DNA of 64,000 nucleotides from Bacteroidales bacterium (GTDB lineage Bacteria; Bacteroidota; Bacteroidia; Bacteroidales; UBA932): NCBI GenBank assembly GCA_017619675.1, contig JAFZRX010000006.1, positions 2,616 to 66,615 of the forward strand, read 5' to 3'. Shown piece by piece: positions 28,479 to 37,801 of this stretch (position 1 is its first letter; each line of letters starts with the position of its first letter). The notes under the pieces were generated by a model. It saw only the letters and a program-made list of their open reading frames with translations, ran no database searches and was not told where the DNA came from. The position numbers and the translations under genes were made by a program.

Positions 28479-31400
28479 CCGAATTTAAGGTTAAGGTTGA
28501 TGTAAGGAATCTGGGTGGCAAATACAGATACCATGTATCCGTCAATTGAGGTGCCGCCCCTGGTGTTGAAATATACGGAGTACGGATTCTTGCGTCCTGT
28601 CACATTGTATACTCCAAGGGTGATGGACATATGCGTAAGTTTGCGAAGGTAATGTCCCGGGTCAATGTTCAGGGCAACGTCCATGCGGAAATAATCCGGG
28701 ATGCGGTAACTGTTACGTGTGGAATATGCCAGACGGTAACCGCCTCCGTACTTGTAGACGGCCACAGGAATGGTTACCGGACGGCCGGTGGAGTAATCTA
28801 CGTTTACTGACAGCGAGTAACGGTGGGTGAACTTGTAATTGCCCACAAGCTTGAAATCATGCGGCTTGTCATGCGGGGCGTTGTACCATTCTCCGCCGTT
28901 GATGGTCTCCACTCCCCTGTCCTCCATTTCCCGGAGCATTGAACGGGAATAGGTGTAGGCCAGCCATCCGTTAAGTTTACCCAGGGTTTTCTTTATCATG
29001 AACTCCACTCCATAAGCCTTGCCGTATGTGCCAACAAGGTCGTCCACCAGGTGATCATTCATGATGAGCACCGCGCCGGACTTGTAGTCAAGGCTGTTGG
29101 CGACACGCTTGTAATACGTCTCGAGCGACAGGTCTATGGAATTGTCATATATCGTCCAGTAAAGACCCGCGGCGGCCTGCCAGCCCTTCTGGGGCTTGAG
29201 CCTGTCGCTTGACAGGCGCCATGCATCCATAGGCGATATGGAAGAAGTGTTGGATATCAGGTGGATATACTGGTTCATGCTGTTGAAGCCGGCTTTTACC
29301 GTCAGCTGATCCAGTATGGAGTACTTGGCGGAGAGCCTCACTTCCGGAGCCGCGTAGAACTTGGACGGTGAGAGTGCCTGGAAGGCGGCCACGCGCACGC
29401 CCATATCCATTGACAGTTTGTCTCCCGGTTTCCAGTTGTCGCTGACATACACCGCGTACTCCAGGCCGCGGTCTTTTGGCAGGAGCTTGTCCTTGACAAG
29501 CGACGAGTCCGTCAGCGGCCTCATGTGTCCTGCATTAAGATTATAAAGTATGGTCGAGGCTCCGTAGGAAAGGGTGTGCCTGTCGTTGATGACGGTGTTG
29601 AAACCAATCTTCACGAAACCCTGGTCAACTCCGGTTGTGAACTTGTAAGCCGAAACGGTGTTGAAGTTGTCGTCCACTATATTGGCGTAATGGTCATAGC
29701 CGGCCACCAGGGTCATTCCGGTGCTGCTGGACATTGTGCGGCGCCACTTGAGCGAAACGTCCAGGTTGGAATAGCGGAAGGTGGTGTCCCCGTCAAAGGT
29801 AAAGCCGTCCCTTGACCAGTATCCGTAAGCCTGGATGGTGTTCTTGTCATCTACGCGGTGGGTGACGGATGCGTTCAGGTCACTGAAAGAAGCCTTTCCT
29901 CCAGAATAACTTGTATCCTTAGGCAACAGGTTGAATATCCAGTTGGAATAGGTTGTACGGCCTCCCACGATGAATGTGGTGCGGTCTTCCTGGATGGGCC
30001 CTTCAACATGGAAGCGGCTTGTCAGGAGTCCTAGGCCCAGTGAGCCCTGCACTTTCTTTGAATTGCCTTCACGCCCGCGCACGTCAAGCACTGAAGAAAT
30101 ACGGCCGCCGAACTCGGCGGGTATTGAACTCTTGTACAATTCAATATCATTGATCACATCCGTGTTGAATGCGGAGAACAGACCGAAGAAGTGGCTGGGA
30201 TTATAGATGGTACCGTCGTTGAACAGGACCAGGTTCTGGTCAGTGGAACCACCGCGGACATTGAATCCGCTTGAAGCCTCGCCCACGCTCTTTACTCCCG
30301 GGAGGGTGAGTACCGCCTTGAGAACGTCCGATTCTCCAAATGCGGAAGGAATCTTTGATATGGTATTGATGCGGACTCTCTCTATGCCCATGCGGGAATC
30401 ACGATGGTTGACCATGCTTTCAGCGGAGACTACCACTTCCCTGAGGGATGTGATCTTCTCCTTCATCACCACGTCAAGGCCTCCGTCACTGTTCACATTA
30501 ACGTTCAGGTGGAGGTCTTCGAGCGTGAAGCCGGTGAAATCAAGCACGTTCTCCCCAAGTGGAAGCGACAGGCGGAAATTACCGTCATTGTCCGTAAGGG
30601 CGTATGTGCCGCCCTTGGCTCCGGCTACCACCACGCCGGCCAGCGGCTCGCCGGACATCACGTCACGTACCGTTCCGTGAACTACCGCCCGGTCTCCGCG
30701 CGCGTTTTCTGCCTGGCCTATCTCGTAAACCTTGTTGGCGAAAGTCACCATCTCATTGCCGGCGTTGATCAGGCGCAGAAGCTCATCGTCTTCTTCTTTC
30801 TCTCCCGAAGAGAAAAAGTCCGGAGGAAGGGTGGCGTAGATCTGCTTTCCTTTGACAGTGAGGGCGGCATTGGTCTGTTCAGGGACAGGCTGGGACTTGG
30901 CGGAGAGGCCCTGTGGCAGCAAAAGGTCAGGGGTGGGCTGACTTTCAAGAGGAACGGCAGTTGCCCTGCGCATTACGGCCGAAGCGAAATTGTGGCTCTC
31001 AGGATTCCTGAGGTAACGCCTGGTCCTGCGGCGCCTGAGTTCCTTCAAGGTGCCGTCCTGCTCCAGGTAATAAGATTCATTGGTCGTGAAATAGTATGAC
31101 GCCTGTCGGGTCCGTTCGGACCTGGAGAGGTCCTCTGAAACGGTTTTGCGGAGATGCCGGTACACAGTGCCTTCAGGGCTTTCGTATGCTACTTCATAAT
31201 AGCCTTCATCTACGTCATATCCTTTCTTGGAGAGATTTACATAACGGGTCCCGCCAAACTCAAGCCAATCCACGCGGTCACGGTCCATTACTATGGCGGT
31301 ACCTGTTCCGGGAGGATAGACCTGGGCTTCCTGCGCTATGGCGTCGATATTCAGCATGAGGCCGTCGAACTTCTTGCCGTCCCACATGACGCTTCCCTCC

Positions 31401-31609
31401 ATGAATTCCGCCCTTTCCCAGTAATATGTACCCTCATACATTATGTTGTAGCGTGTGGCAAGACGGCCTCGGAACAGTGCGGCGTCAGGTCCGGCCACCT
31501 CCAGGAAAGTGCGGCTCTGTGCGGATTCATTATCCTGGGCGTTGAGCTGCAAGTAGAAGGACGAAACCAGAGAAATAATCGAGAATAATAGTACTTTAGG
31601 CCACTTCAC
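28475..31609 (-). CDS. TonB-dependent receptor with carboxypeptidase-regulatory-like domain and a ~300-aa N-terminal extension
   Basis: 1044 aa with a GTG start at 31609 and signal MKWPKVLLFSIISLVSSFYLQLNAQ. CarboxypepD_reg-like segment (VHGTVRDVMSGEPLAGVVVAG...TDNDGNFRL), plug (LPGVKSVGEASSGFNVRGGSTDQNLVLFNDG), and a barrel ending ...NLNLKFG. Confidence 0.75.
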   Translation of the reverse strand: MKWPKVLLFSIISLVSSFYLQLNAQDNESAQSRTFLEVAGPDAALFRGRLATRYNIMYEGTYYWERAEFMEGSVMWDGKKFDGLMLNIDAIAQEAQVYPPGTGTAIVMDRDRVDWLEFGGTRYVNLSKKGYDVDEGYYEVAYESPEGTVYRHLRKTVSEDLSRSERTRQASYYFTTNESYYLEQDGTLKELRRRRTRRYLRNPESHNFASAVMRRATAVPLESQPTPDLLLPQGLSAKSQPVPEQTNAALTVKGKQIYATLPPDFFSSGEKEEDDELLRLINAGNEMVTFANKVYEIGQAENARGDRAVVHGTVRDVMSGEPLAGVVVAGAKGGTYALTDNDGNFRLSLPLGENVLDFTGFTLEDLHLNVNVNSDGGLDVVMKEKITSLREVVVSAESMVNHRDSRMGIERVRINTISKIPSAFGESDVLKAVLTLPGVKSVGEASSGFNVRGGSTDQNLVLFNDGTIYNPSHFFGLFSAFNTDVINDIELYKSSIPAEFGGRISSVLDVRGREGNSKKVQGSLGLGLLTSRFHVEGPIQEDRTTFIVGGRTTYSNWIFNLLPKDTSYSGGKASFSDLNASVTHRVDDKNTIQAYGYWSRDGFTFDGDTTFRYSNLDVSLKWRRTMSSSTGMTLVAGYDHYANIVDDNFNTVSAYKFTTGVDQGFVKIGFNTVINDRHTLSYGASTILYNLNAGHMRPLTDSSLVKDKLLPKDRGLEYAVYVSDNWKPGDKLSMDMGVRVAAFQALSPSKFYAAPEVRLSAKYSILDQLTVKAGFNSMNQYIHLISNTSSISPMDAWRLSSDRLKPQKGWQAAAGLYWTIYDNSIDLSLETYYKRVANSLDYKSGAVLIMNDHLVDDLVGTYGKAYGVEFMIKKTLGKLNGWLAYTYSRSMLREMEDRGVETINGGEWYNAPHDKPHDFKLVGNYKFTHRYSLSVNVDYSTGRPVTIPVAVYKYGGGYRLAYSTRNSYRIPDYFRMDVALNIDPGHYLRKLTHMSITLGVYNVTGRKNPYSVYFNTRGGTSIDGYMVSVFATQIPYINLNLKFG

Positions 31610-31696
31610 GGTTGCTAATATACGAAAAAAAAGTACACTTCCTTGTTTTGTAAATATTTTTTTATCTTTGTTAGAAATCGCATAATCAATAAGACA

Positions 31697-33142
31697 ATGA
31701 ATAGATTCCGCCTATTTTGCAGGTTAGCCGTTATTCTGGCATTGACTGCAATCGTTTTTACCCCAGCTGACGCTAAAAAGACAAAGACCCCTACTCCCAA
31801 GTATGTCTTCTTCATGATTGGAGACGGTATGGGAATCAACCAGGTCTACGGCGCCCAGAACTACAACCAAACCACCGGCGACGGCCCCCAGTTCATCAAC
31901 TTCACCCAGTTCCCTGTCCGCACCATGGTGACCACGTTCTCCGCTTCTTCCCTTGTGACGGACTCTGCCGCCAGCGGCACAGCCCTTGCCACGGGTGTGA
32001 AGACATACAACAACGGACTGGGCGTTGACCCTGACCACAATCCGGTCCACGGCCTTTGCGAATGGGCCCACGCCAAGGGCTTCGGTGCAGGCGTTGCCAC
32101 CACGGTAGGTGTCAACCACGCCACACCTGCAGCCTTCTACGGCCACGCTGACAACCGCAACGAATATGAGAAGATAGCCCAGCAGCTCATCGATTCAGAT
32201 TTCATAGACTTTGCCGCCGGAGGCGGTTTCATAGTTGAAAGGAATACCGGCCATGATTCCAAGTATTTCGAGGACAGGGCCCGTGACGCCGGCATCACCG
32301 TGCTTAAGGGACGCGACCAGTTCCGGAACCTTGGCCGCCAGAAAGGTCGTGTAATTTGCATAGATGACTTTGAGTCTTCCACCGACGTCCCCTTTGCCAT
32401 GGATCAGAAACCGGAAGACACCACCCTGTCTGACTTTGTCCAGGCCGGCATTGACCACCTTTATGGCAACTATGGCAAGAAGGGTTTCTTCTTCATGGTT
32501 GAAGGCGGAGAGATAGACGGCGCCGGACATAACAACGACGCCATCTGCAACATCAAGGAGATCAATGACTTCGCAAAGGCTATAGACGTTGTGCTCGCAT
32601 TCTACGAGAAACATCCTGACGAGACCCTGATACTTGTTACTGCTGACCACGAGACCGGCGGCCTGGAACTGGGCGACAATTATATCATGCACCCGGAACT
32701 CCTCTACGGCCACACCAAGAGCGAGGGCGAAATCAACAAGCTTTTCCGTGAGTTCGCAGGAGTTGGCCCGGACAGGAACCCGCTGCCAAACCGCAGGATT
32801 CCTCCATACCATGAAATGCAGCAATTTCTGAGCGAGCACCTTGGACTCTGGAGCACAATTCCTGTGTCCGAGCCCCAGGAAGCTCATTTCAGGGATTTGT
32901 ATCACAGAGCGTTCGTGCTTAACGAAACTGAAATGGTCGAGGCGCTGTACTCCGTCAGCAACAGGATAGTTTCCGATGCCATAACCTATGCCGACAGGCA
33001 GGCCGGATACATCTGGACACACGGCGGACACACCGGTTCCCCTGTAGGACTGTATGTCAAAGGAGCCGGAGCGGTAGAATTCAACGCCTGCACGGACAAC
33101 ACGATGATTTCCCAGATCATCAAGAGACTGGCCAAATATTGA
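31697..33142 (+). CDS. Alkaline phosphatase (PhoA family)
   Basis: The track ORF starts at 31643. The ATG at 31697 gives signal MNRFRLFCRLAVILALTAIVFTPADA. The DGMG, DSAASGTALATG and HETGG motifs are diagnostic of alkaline phosphatases. Confidence 0.85.
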   Translation: MNRFRLFCRLAVILALTAIVFTPADAKKTKTPTPKYVFFMIGDGMGINQVYGAQNYNQTTGDGPQFINFTQFPVRTMVTTFSASSLVTDSAASGTALATGVKTYNNGLGVDPDHNPVHGLCEWAHAKGFGAGVATTVGVNHATPAAFYGHADNRNEYEKIAQQLIDSDFIDFAAGGGFIVERNTGHDSKYFEDRARDAGITVLKGRDQFRNLGRQKGRVICIDDFESSTDVPFAMDQKPEDTTLSDFVQAGIDHLYGNYGKKGFFFMVEGGEIDGAGHNNDAICNIKEINDFAKAIDVVLAFYEKHPDETLILVTADHETGGLELGDNYIMHPELLYGHTKSEGEINKLFREFAGVGPDRNPLPNRRIPPYHEMQQFLSEHLGLWSTIPVSEPQEAHFRDLYHRAFVLNETEMVEALYSVSNRIVSDAITYADRQAGYIWTHGGHTGSPVGLYVKGAGAVEFNACTDNTMISQIIKRLAKY

Positions 33143-33166
33143 TTTAATATCACCTAAATAATTACG

Positions 33167-33206
33167 ACAAGCGGGATATGTTTTACGCATATTCCGCTTG
33201 TTTTTT
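33167..33206 (+). terminator. Strong rho-independent terminator after the alkaline phosphatase gene (left boundary of the CIS locus)
   Basis: 14-bp stem acaagcgggatatg (33167-33180) / catattccgcttgt (33188-33201) with one G-U pair and a 7-nt loop, followed by T6. Confidence 0.75.
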
Positions 33207-33220
33207 AGAGGTAATAGAGT

Positions 33221-33228
33221 TATATTTA
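33221..33228 (+). promoter_or_regulatory. Candidate -7 promoter box for the CIS operon
   Basis: TATATTTA is a 7/8 match to TAnnTTTG. It lies 20 nt upstream of the ATG at 33249 and directly after the terminator. Confidence 0.3.
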
Positions 33229-33248
33229 CGAGTCAAAACCCAAACCTC

Positions 33249-34577
33249 ATGAAAAAATATACCCATGCCTGGCTGGCCATGATGGCCATGAAGCGCATTG
33301 AGAAGGCTAAAATTCCCGCAAGGCAGCAGGACGATGCCAAAGCCCTTATCACCTGGTTCAAGAATTACAGGGACTTTGTCCTTTCAGGAGCATGGTATCC
33401 TGATTCCGTCTTCAAGGATATGTCCACAAGCCATATTGTCAAGTACAAGCCTGACGCCAGCGGCACCTCGGGTTCTTTCAGGGTTATGCCCCCTACCCTT
33501 CAGATGTACCGTCTGGGATTGACCTCGGACATGTATGGAAAGCCATACACTCTGGAGAAGCGTCACAATATCTGTGACAGGTGCGAGGCCTTTACGGAAA
33601 GCCTCATAGATTCTTTCAAGATACTCACCATGGAGAACGAGGGCTCCCCCATCGTCCCTTCCAACAACCATATCGCAATGCGGTTCTTCATACTGTCCCA
33701 TTATATAGCGGACTGCCATATGCCGTTGCATTGCGACGCCCGTTCTTTCTACAACAAGAACGAAGTCCACGGCTTCATAGAGGACGAATGGGACAAGCAG
33801 GTCCGTTCCTCATATTGCATAGACGAGGACAACGAACGTTTCTTCTACGACCCGGAAGGATATCCGCTCAAGAACATAGCGATGACGGAACTGATGAAGT
33901 ACGTGGAAGAAGATCTTGAGAAGAGGGAGTTCGTCTGGAGTTGGGGAACAGGATGCAACAACACGTGGGACTATATGAGCGGCATCTCCCAGTATTCATA
34001 CCTGATGTCCTACCGTCTGGTCCCGGCAGACCATATTCCGGATGAGATTTCCAAGAATCTCTACATGAACTCCTCCGCCTACAAGGATCATTTCCTGGAG
34101 TACAGCAAGGTGATACTTGGCGATGCCGTGGAAAGCATTGCCAAAGTCTGGCTGCACGCCTGGGTAAGATACCGTGACTGGTTCCGTGACACAGAACTGG
34201 CATATTTCAAGGCGCAGCAGAAACAGGCGGACAACAACCTCAAGACCGCCAACAAGATAATCGACAACTACCCCGCGGACAAGGAGAAACAAGCCGGAAA
34301 GGTCAAGGATTCAAGGAGCTCGCTGGACGCAAAGCAGCAAGACTATGATTCAACAATAGCCAAGGGCAGGAATGCCGACAAGAAGGCCGAAGCCCTTGAG
34401 AAGGCCAGGACCAAGCTTGCCGAAGCGGAAGAGAAACTGGCCCGGCTGGAAGCCGACTACAAGGAGGCCCAGGCTTCCCTTGAGAACCTCAAGGCCCTCC
34501 TTCTGGCGGCGCAGATTCAGGTAAAGCGCAAGGAAGCTGAAATCAAAAGATACGCTGACAGTAATTCCGGTATATGA
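33249..34577 (+). CDS. Zinc phospholipase C / P1-nuclease-superfamily-like protein with C-terminal coiled coil; first gene of the CIS operon
   Basis: The track start at 33198 is a TTG inside the terminator. The ATG at 33249 gives MKKYTHAWLA. SHYIADCHMPLHCD followed 13 residues later by HGFIEDE reproduces the H-x-x-x-D-x-x-x-P-x-H ... H-x3-E zinc-ligand pattern of the PLC/P1 nuclease fold. The last ~115 aa are a K/E/A/Q-rich heptad-like sequence. The stop overlaps the next start (ATGA at 34574-34577). Confidence 0.5.
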   Translation: MKKYTHAWLAMMAMKRIEKAKIPARQQDDAKALITWFKNYRDFVLSGAWYPDSVFKDMSTSHIVKYKPDASGTSGSFRVMPPTLQMYRLGLTSDMYGKPYTLEKRHNICDRCEAFTESLIDSFKILTMENEGSPIVPSNNHIAMRFFILSHYIADCHMPLHCDARSFYNKNEVHGFIEDEWDKQVRSSYCIDEDNERFFYDPEGYPLKNIAMTELMKYVEEDLEKREFVWSWGTGCNNTWDYMSGISQYSYLMSYRLVPADHIPDEISKNLYMNSSAYKDHFLEYSKVILGDAVESIAKVWLHAWVRYRDWFRDTELAYFKAQQKQADNNLKTANKIIDNYPADKEKQAGKVKDSRSSLDAKQQDYDSTIAKGRNADKKAEALEKARTKLAEAEEKLARLEADYKEAQASLENLKALLLAAQIQVKRKEAEIKRYADSNSGI

Positions 34578-35290
34578 TAAAGGAAACTTTAAAATTACTC
34601 GAAGAGTATCTGGGCTATTACCTGGGTAAGGACGATGTCAAGCTGGCTGTTTTTCCGGATTTTGAAGACGCGAAAAAGCCGGATGTCGCCATCACGCTCC
34701 TGCGTGTGGAGGAAGAGACCAGCAGGAAACCGGTCAACATTGTCCAATATGAAATTATAGAGAAGGACGGAAAGAAAAAGAAGATTGCCGGCAACAAGAA
34801 ATCCCCGGATATGGATGTCAACCTGGACATCCTGATCTCCGCGCACTCCCAGGACTACGGGACCGCCTTGACTAACTTATCAACGGTAATATCAAAGATC
34901 AATTCCATACATACTGCCCCCAAGCCCGCCAACATGAAACAGGCATCCTTCGAATTGCTGCGCGGTTTGAACATATCCCTCCTTAACCTGTCCATGGAAC
35001 AGAGTTTCAGCATGTGGCAGACCCTGCACGGGAAGATAGTCCCGGCAGTAGCATATAAGGTGCGTATGCTTACAATTGCCGGAAGCGTCGATGATGGGCC
35101 TAAGCATCCTGTCCTGGAAGTTGACTATGAAAGGGGACGCATCATTGAACGTGGCCGTGGTCCTCACAACCTTTCAAATATAGTATTTGAGGATTCAAAG
35201 GAAGGATGGGAGAATGACCCTAAAGAAAAAGAAAAGCAGGAAAAGCTGAAAGAACTTAAAGAAGAAATAGAACAAGCAAACAAACAATAA
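34574..35290 (+). CDS. DUF4255 (Pvc16/Afp16-like) tail terminator/cap protein
   Basis: 238 aa. N-terminal MIKETLKLLEEYLGYYLGK...VAITLLRVEEE fits the DUF4255 pattern. It has a charged C-terminal tail (KEKEKQEKLKELKEEIEQANKQ). Confidence 0.6.
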   Translation: MIKETLKLLEEYLGYYLGKDDVKLAVFPDFEDAKKPDVAITLLRVEEETSRKPVNIVQYEIIEKDGKKKKIAGNKKSPDMDVNLDILISAHSQDYGTALTNLSTVISKINSIHTAPKPANMKQASFELLRGLNISLLNLSMEQSFSMWQTLHGKIVPAVAYKVRMLTIAGSVDDGPKHPVLEVDYERGRIIERGRGPHNLSNIVFEDSKEGWENDPKEKEKQEKLKELKEEIEQANKQ

Positions 35291-35308
35291 CCTTAATAAT
35301 TAATTACT

Positions 35309-36829
35309 ATGGCAGAGTACAAAACCCCTGGAGTCTACATCGAAGAAAAATCCACGATGTCTCCTTCGGTGGCCGGCGTCGAAACGGCCATTCCAGCGTT
35401 TATCGGATTCACTGAGTCCGGGCCAAAGAACACACCAGTAGCAATTGAAAACCTGCTGGAGTATCAGAACATCTTCGGAAAAGGAAGCCCGCTTACCGTC
35501 AATGAAGATGGCGATCTATGCGGACAGGAGTACTGCTTGTTTGACAGCATGCGCCTTTTCTATGACAATGGCGGAGCGGATTGTTATGTCATCTCTATCG
35601 GCACCTATGATGAGACGAAGTCTGGCGACATCGCACTGTTATACAAGAATGCCATCGACAAGCTTGACGAGGTGGACGATGTCACTATGCTCGTATTCCC
35701 TGATGCTGCTACAATCCTTACAGATGACACGTATGGCACACTGGCAAGCGTCCATCAGTACGCCCTGCAAAATTGCGCAAGGCTGAAGAGCCGTTTTGCA
35801 ATCCTTGACCTCAATATAGAGGATGACCTGGCCACAGCCCTTGACAATTTCAGGTCCGGCGTCGCCCTTGACAGCGAAACACTCAGTTACGGCGCGGCTT
35901 ACTATCCCTATCTGAAGACTTCTTACGTGAAAGACATTCCTTTCGAGGAAGTTATCAAGGTTATTCCCAGACCGGAACCTGAGGAGGAGGAGAAAGTAGA
36001 AGAGAATGAAGACAACATAATCGAGGGAGATCCTTTAGATGATGTAAAGGATCCTGTAGAAGATGTAAAAGAACCTGTGGATGACGAGGAGAAAGAAGAG
36101 CCCGAAGCAGTTAAAGAACCCACAATTTGGGAAGAGGTCGATGCGATTCTCGCTAATGAATCTGATCCTGAAAGGGCACTTAAGATATCCGCTATCATCC
36201 CCAGGATTGACGGATATGCCCAGGCTCTTGCCTCATTGCAGGATAAAGCCTGCGTAATCCCTCCCAGTGGTGCGATCGCAGGTCTCTACGCGGCAACAGA
36301 CAAGCGCGTAGGCGTATGGCAGGCTCCCGCCAACATAGGCGTCTCTGCCGTAAAGGGCCTTACCCAGTTGATAACTGACAATCAGCAGGCCAAGATGAAC
36401 GTTGACCCCAAGACCTCCAAGTCAGTCAATGCCATCCGCTTCTTCAAGGGCAAGGGAATCCTTGTATGGGGCAGCCGCACCCTCAACGCAGGCAGCAACG
36501 AGTGGCGTTACGTTCCCGTAAGGAGGCTTTTCAACTACGTGGAGCAGAGTGTCAAGCTCTCAACCTATTGGGCAGTATTCCAGCCCAACGACACCAATAC
36601 CTGGACAAAGATCAATTGCCAGATTTCCAATTTCCTCAACACGCTCTGGCGTGACGGCGCCCTTGCCGGCGCTTCACCGGACGAGGCATACTTCGTTGAG
36701 GTGGGAAGAGGTATAACCATGACCCAGGCAGACATAGACAATGGCTATCTGATTGTAAGGGTTGGCCTTGCAGCTGTCCGTCCGGCTGAGTTCATAGTAC
36801 TTCAGTTCTCACATAAAGTTCAAGAGTAA
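35309..36829 (+). CDS. Contractile tail sheath protein (Afp2-4/Pvc2-like), single copy
   Basis: 506 aa. N-terminal MAEYKTPGVYIEE and the C-terminal domain VNAIRFFKGKGILVWGSRTL...WRYVPVRRLFNYVE...AAVRPAEFIVLQF are classic phage tail sheath signatures. It carries an acidic insertion at aa 221-276. Confidence 0.9.
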   Translation: MAEYKTPGVYIEEKSTMSPSVAGVETAIPAFIGFTESGPKNTPVAIENLLEYQNIFGKGSPLTVNEDGDLCGQEYCLFDSMRLFYDNGGADCYVISIGTYDETKSGDIALLYKNAIDKLDEVDDVTMLVFPDAATILTDDTYGTLASVHQYALQNCARLKSRFAILDLNIEDDLATALDNFRSGVALDSETLSYGAAYYPYLKTSYVKDIPFEEVIKVIPRPEPEEEEKVEENEDNIIEGDPLDDVKDPVEDVKEPVDDEEKEEPEAVKEPTIWEEVDAILANESDPERALKISAIIPRIDGYAQALASLQDKACVIPPSGAIAGLYAATDKRVGVWQAPANIGVSAVKGLTQLITDNQQAKMNVDPKTSKSVNAIRFFKGKGILVWGSRTLNAGSNEWRYVPVRRLFNYVEQSVKLSTYWAVFQPNDTNTWTKINCQISNFLNTLWRDGALAGASPDEAYFVEVGRGITMTQADIDNGYLIVRVGLAAVRPAEFIVLQFSHKVQE

Positions 36830-36851
36830 TAACAATTAACACATATCAACT

Positions 36852-37295
36852 ATGGCAAGCAATTATCCACTTACTGGTTTTCACTTCTCAGTCCGTTGGA
36901 ATCCGGATGATGAAGAAAACGTAAGCTTCTCAGAAGTAACCGGACTGAATGTTACCGCCGCCGTCATAGAGTACCGCGAAGGTTCCGATCCGGAGTATAC
37001 TACTCTCAAAATGCCGGGTTTGAAGAAATACAACAATGTTACGCTCAAGAGAGGATCCATGCCCAAGGACAATGGTTTCTATGAATGGTTCAATTCAATA
37101 GCGAACAATACGGTAAAAAGACGTGACATAACCATAATGCTTCTTAACGAAGAACAGGAAGAAGTCATTACCTGGAACCTCAAGAGCGCCTTCCCCGTGA
37201 AGTACGATGGAGGCAGCCTCAATGCCGCAAAGGGAGAGGTTCTCATTGAGTCAATCGAACTGGCATACGAAAGCTTTGAGGTTAAGAGGCACTAA
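36852..37295 (+). CDS. Tail tube protein (T4 gp19-like; Afp1/Pvc1-like)
   Basis: 147 aa. The MASNYPLTGFHFSVRW start and overall size match 'conserved phage tail region' tube proteins. Confidence 0.85.
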   Translation: MASNYPLTGFHFSVRWNPDDEENVSFSEVTGLNVTAAVIEYREGSDPEYTTLKMPGLKKYNNVTLKRGSMPKDNGFYEWFNSIANNTVKRRDITIMLLNEEQEEVITWNLKSAFPVKYDGGSLNAAKGEVLIESIELAYESFEVKRH

Positions 37296-37801
37296 TGGCT
37301 GAAGCGAAAAAGAACAAGGAGCCTATTGCCGTCGAGGCAAAAAGGTATAACAGTTTTATTCCTACTTTCTTTTTCAAGGTCTTCTTTGTAACAGATGATT
37401 TCGTGGCTGATCCCATCGGGTTCAGCGAGGTATCGGGATTATCTGTTGAATTGCAGACCGAGGAATTGTTTGAAGGAGGCGGTAACACCTATGCTTACCG
37501 CCTTCCCAAACAGGCCAAGCCAAAGAATATCGTATTGAAACGGGCGCTTAACCCGGCCGACAACAATGTAATTGACTGGGCTAAGAATTGCGTGGAGAAA
37601 TTCATTATACGCCCGCTGACGGTAATAATAACACTTGCGAGCGATTCAGAGAACCAACTGAAGACCTGGAACGTAATGGGCGCCTACGCCGTCAAGCTGT
37701 CAACGACTGATTTCAGCGCCAACAAAAGCGAAGTGGTCATCCAGACGCTGGAACTTACATGCCAGTCTTTGACTGAGGTAAAACCGGACAGAAAGAAATG
37801 A
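37295..37801 (+). CDS. Second tail tube protein paralogue (Afp5/Pvc5-like)
   Basis: 168 aa. FFFKVFFVTDD...GFSEVSGLSVELQTEE is the same tube-family core. The start overlaps the previous stop by 1 nt (TAATG). Confidence 0.8.
   Translation: MAEAKKNKEPIAVEAKRYNSFIPTFFFKVFFVTDDFVADPIGFSEVSGLSVELQTEELFEGGGNTYAYRLPKQAKPKNIVLKRALNPADNNVIDWAKNCVEKFIIRPLTVIITLASDSENQLKTWNVMGAYAVKLSTTDFSANKSEVVIQTLELTCQSLTEVKPDRKK

Noticed and set aside
32195-33190. 331-aa minus-strand ORF opposite the alkaline phosphatase gene
   Set aside because: The plus frame has unmistakable PhoA motifs (DGMG, DSAASGTALATG). The minus ORF has none and would run through the terminator.
33198-33248. ORF-track N-terminal extension of the PLC-like gene (start at 33198)
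   Set aside because: The start is a TTG lying inside the 3' arm of the strong terminator hairpin (33188-33201). The in-frame ATG at 33249 follows a -7-like box.
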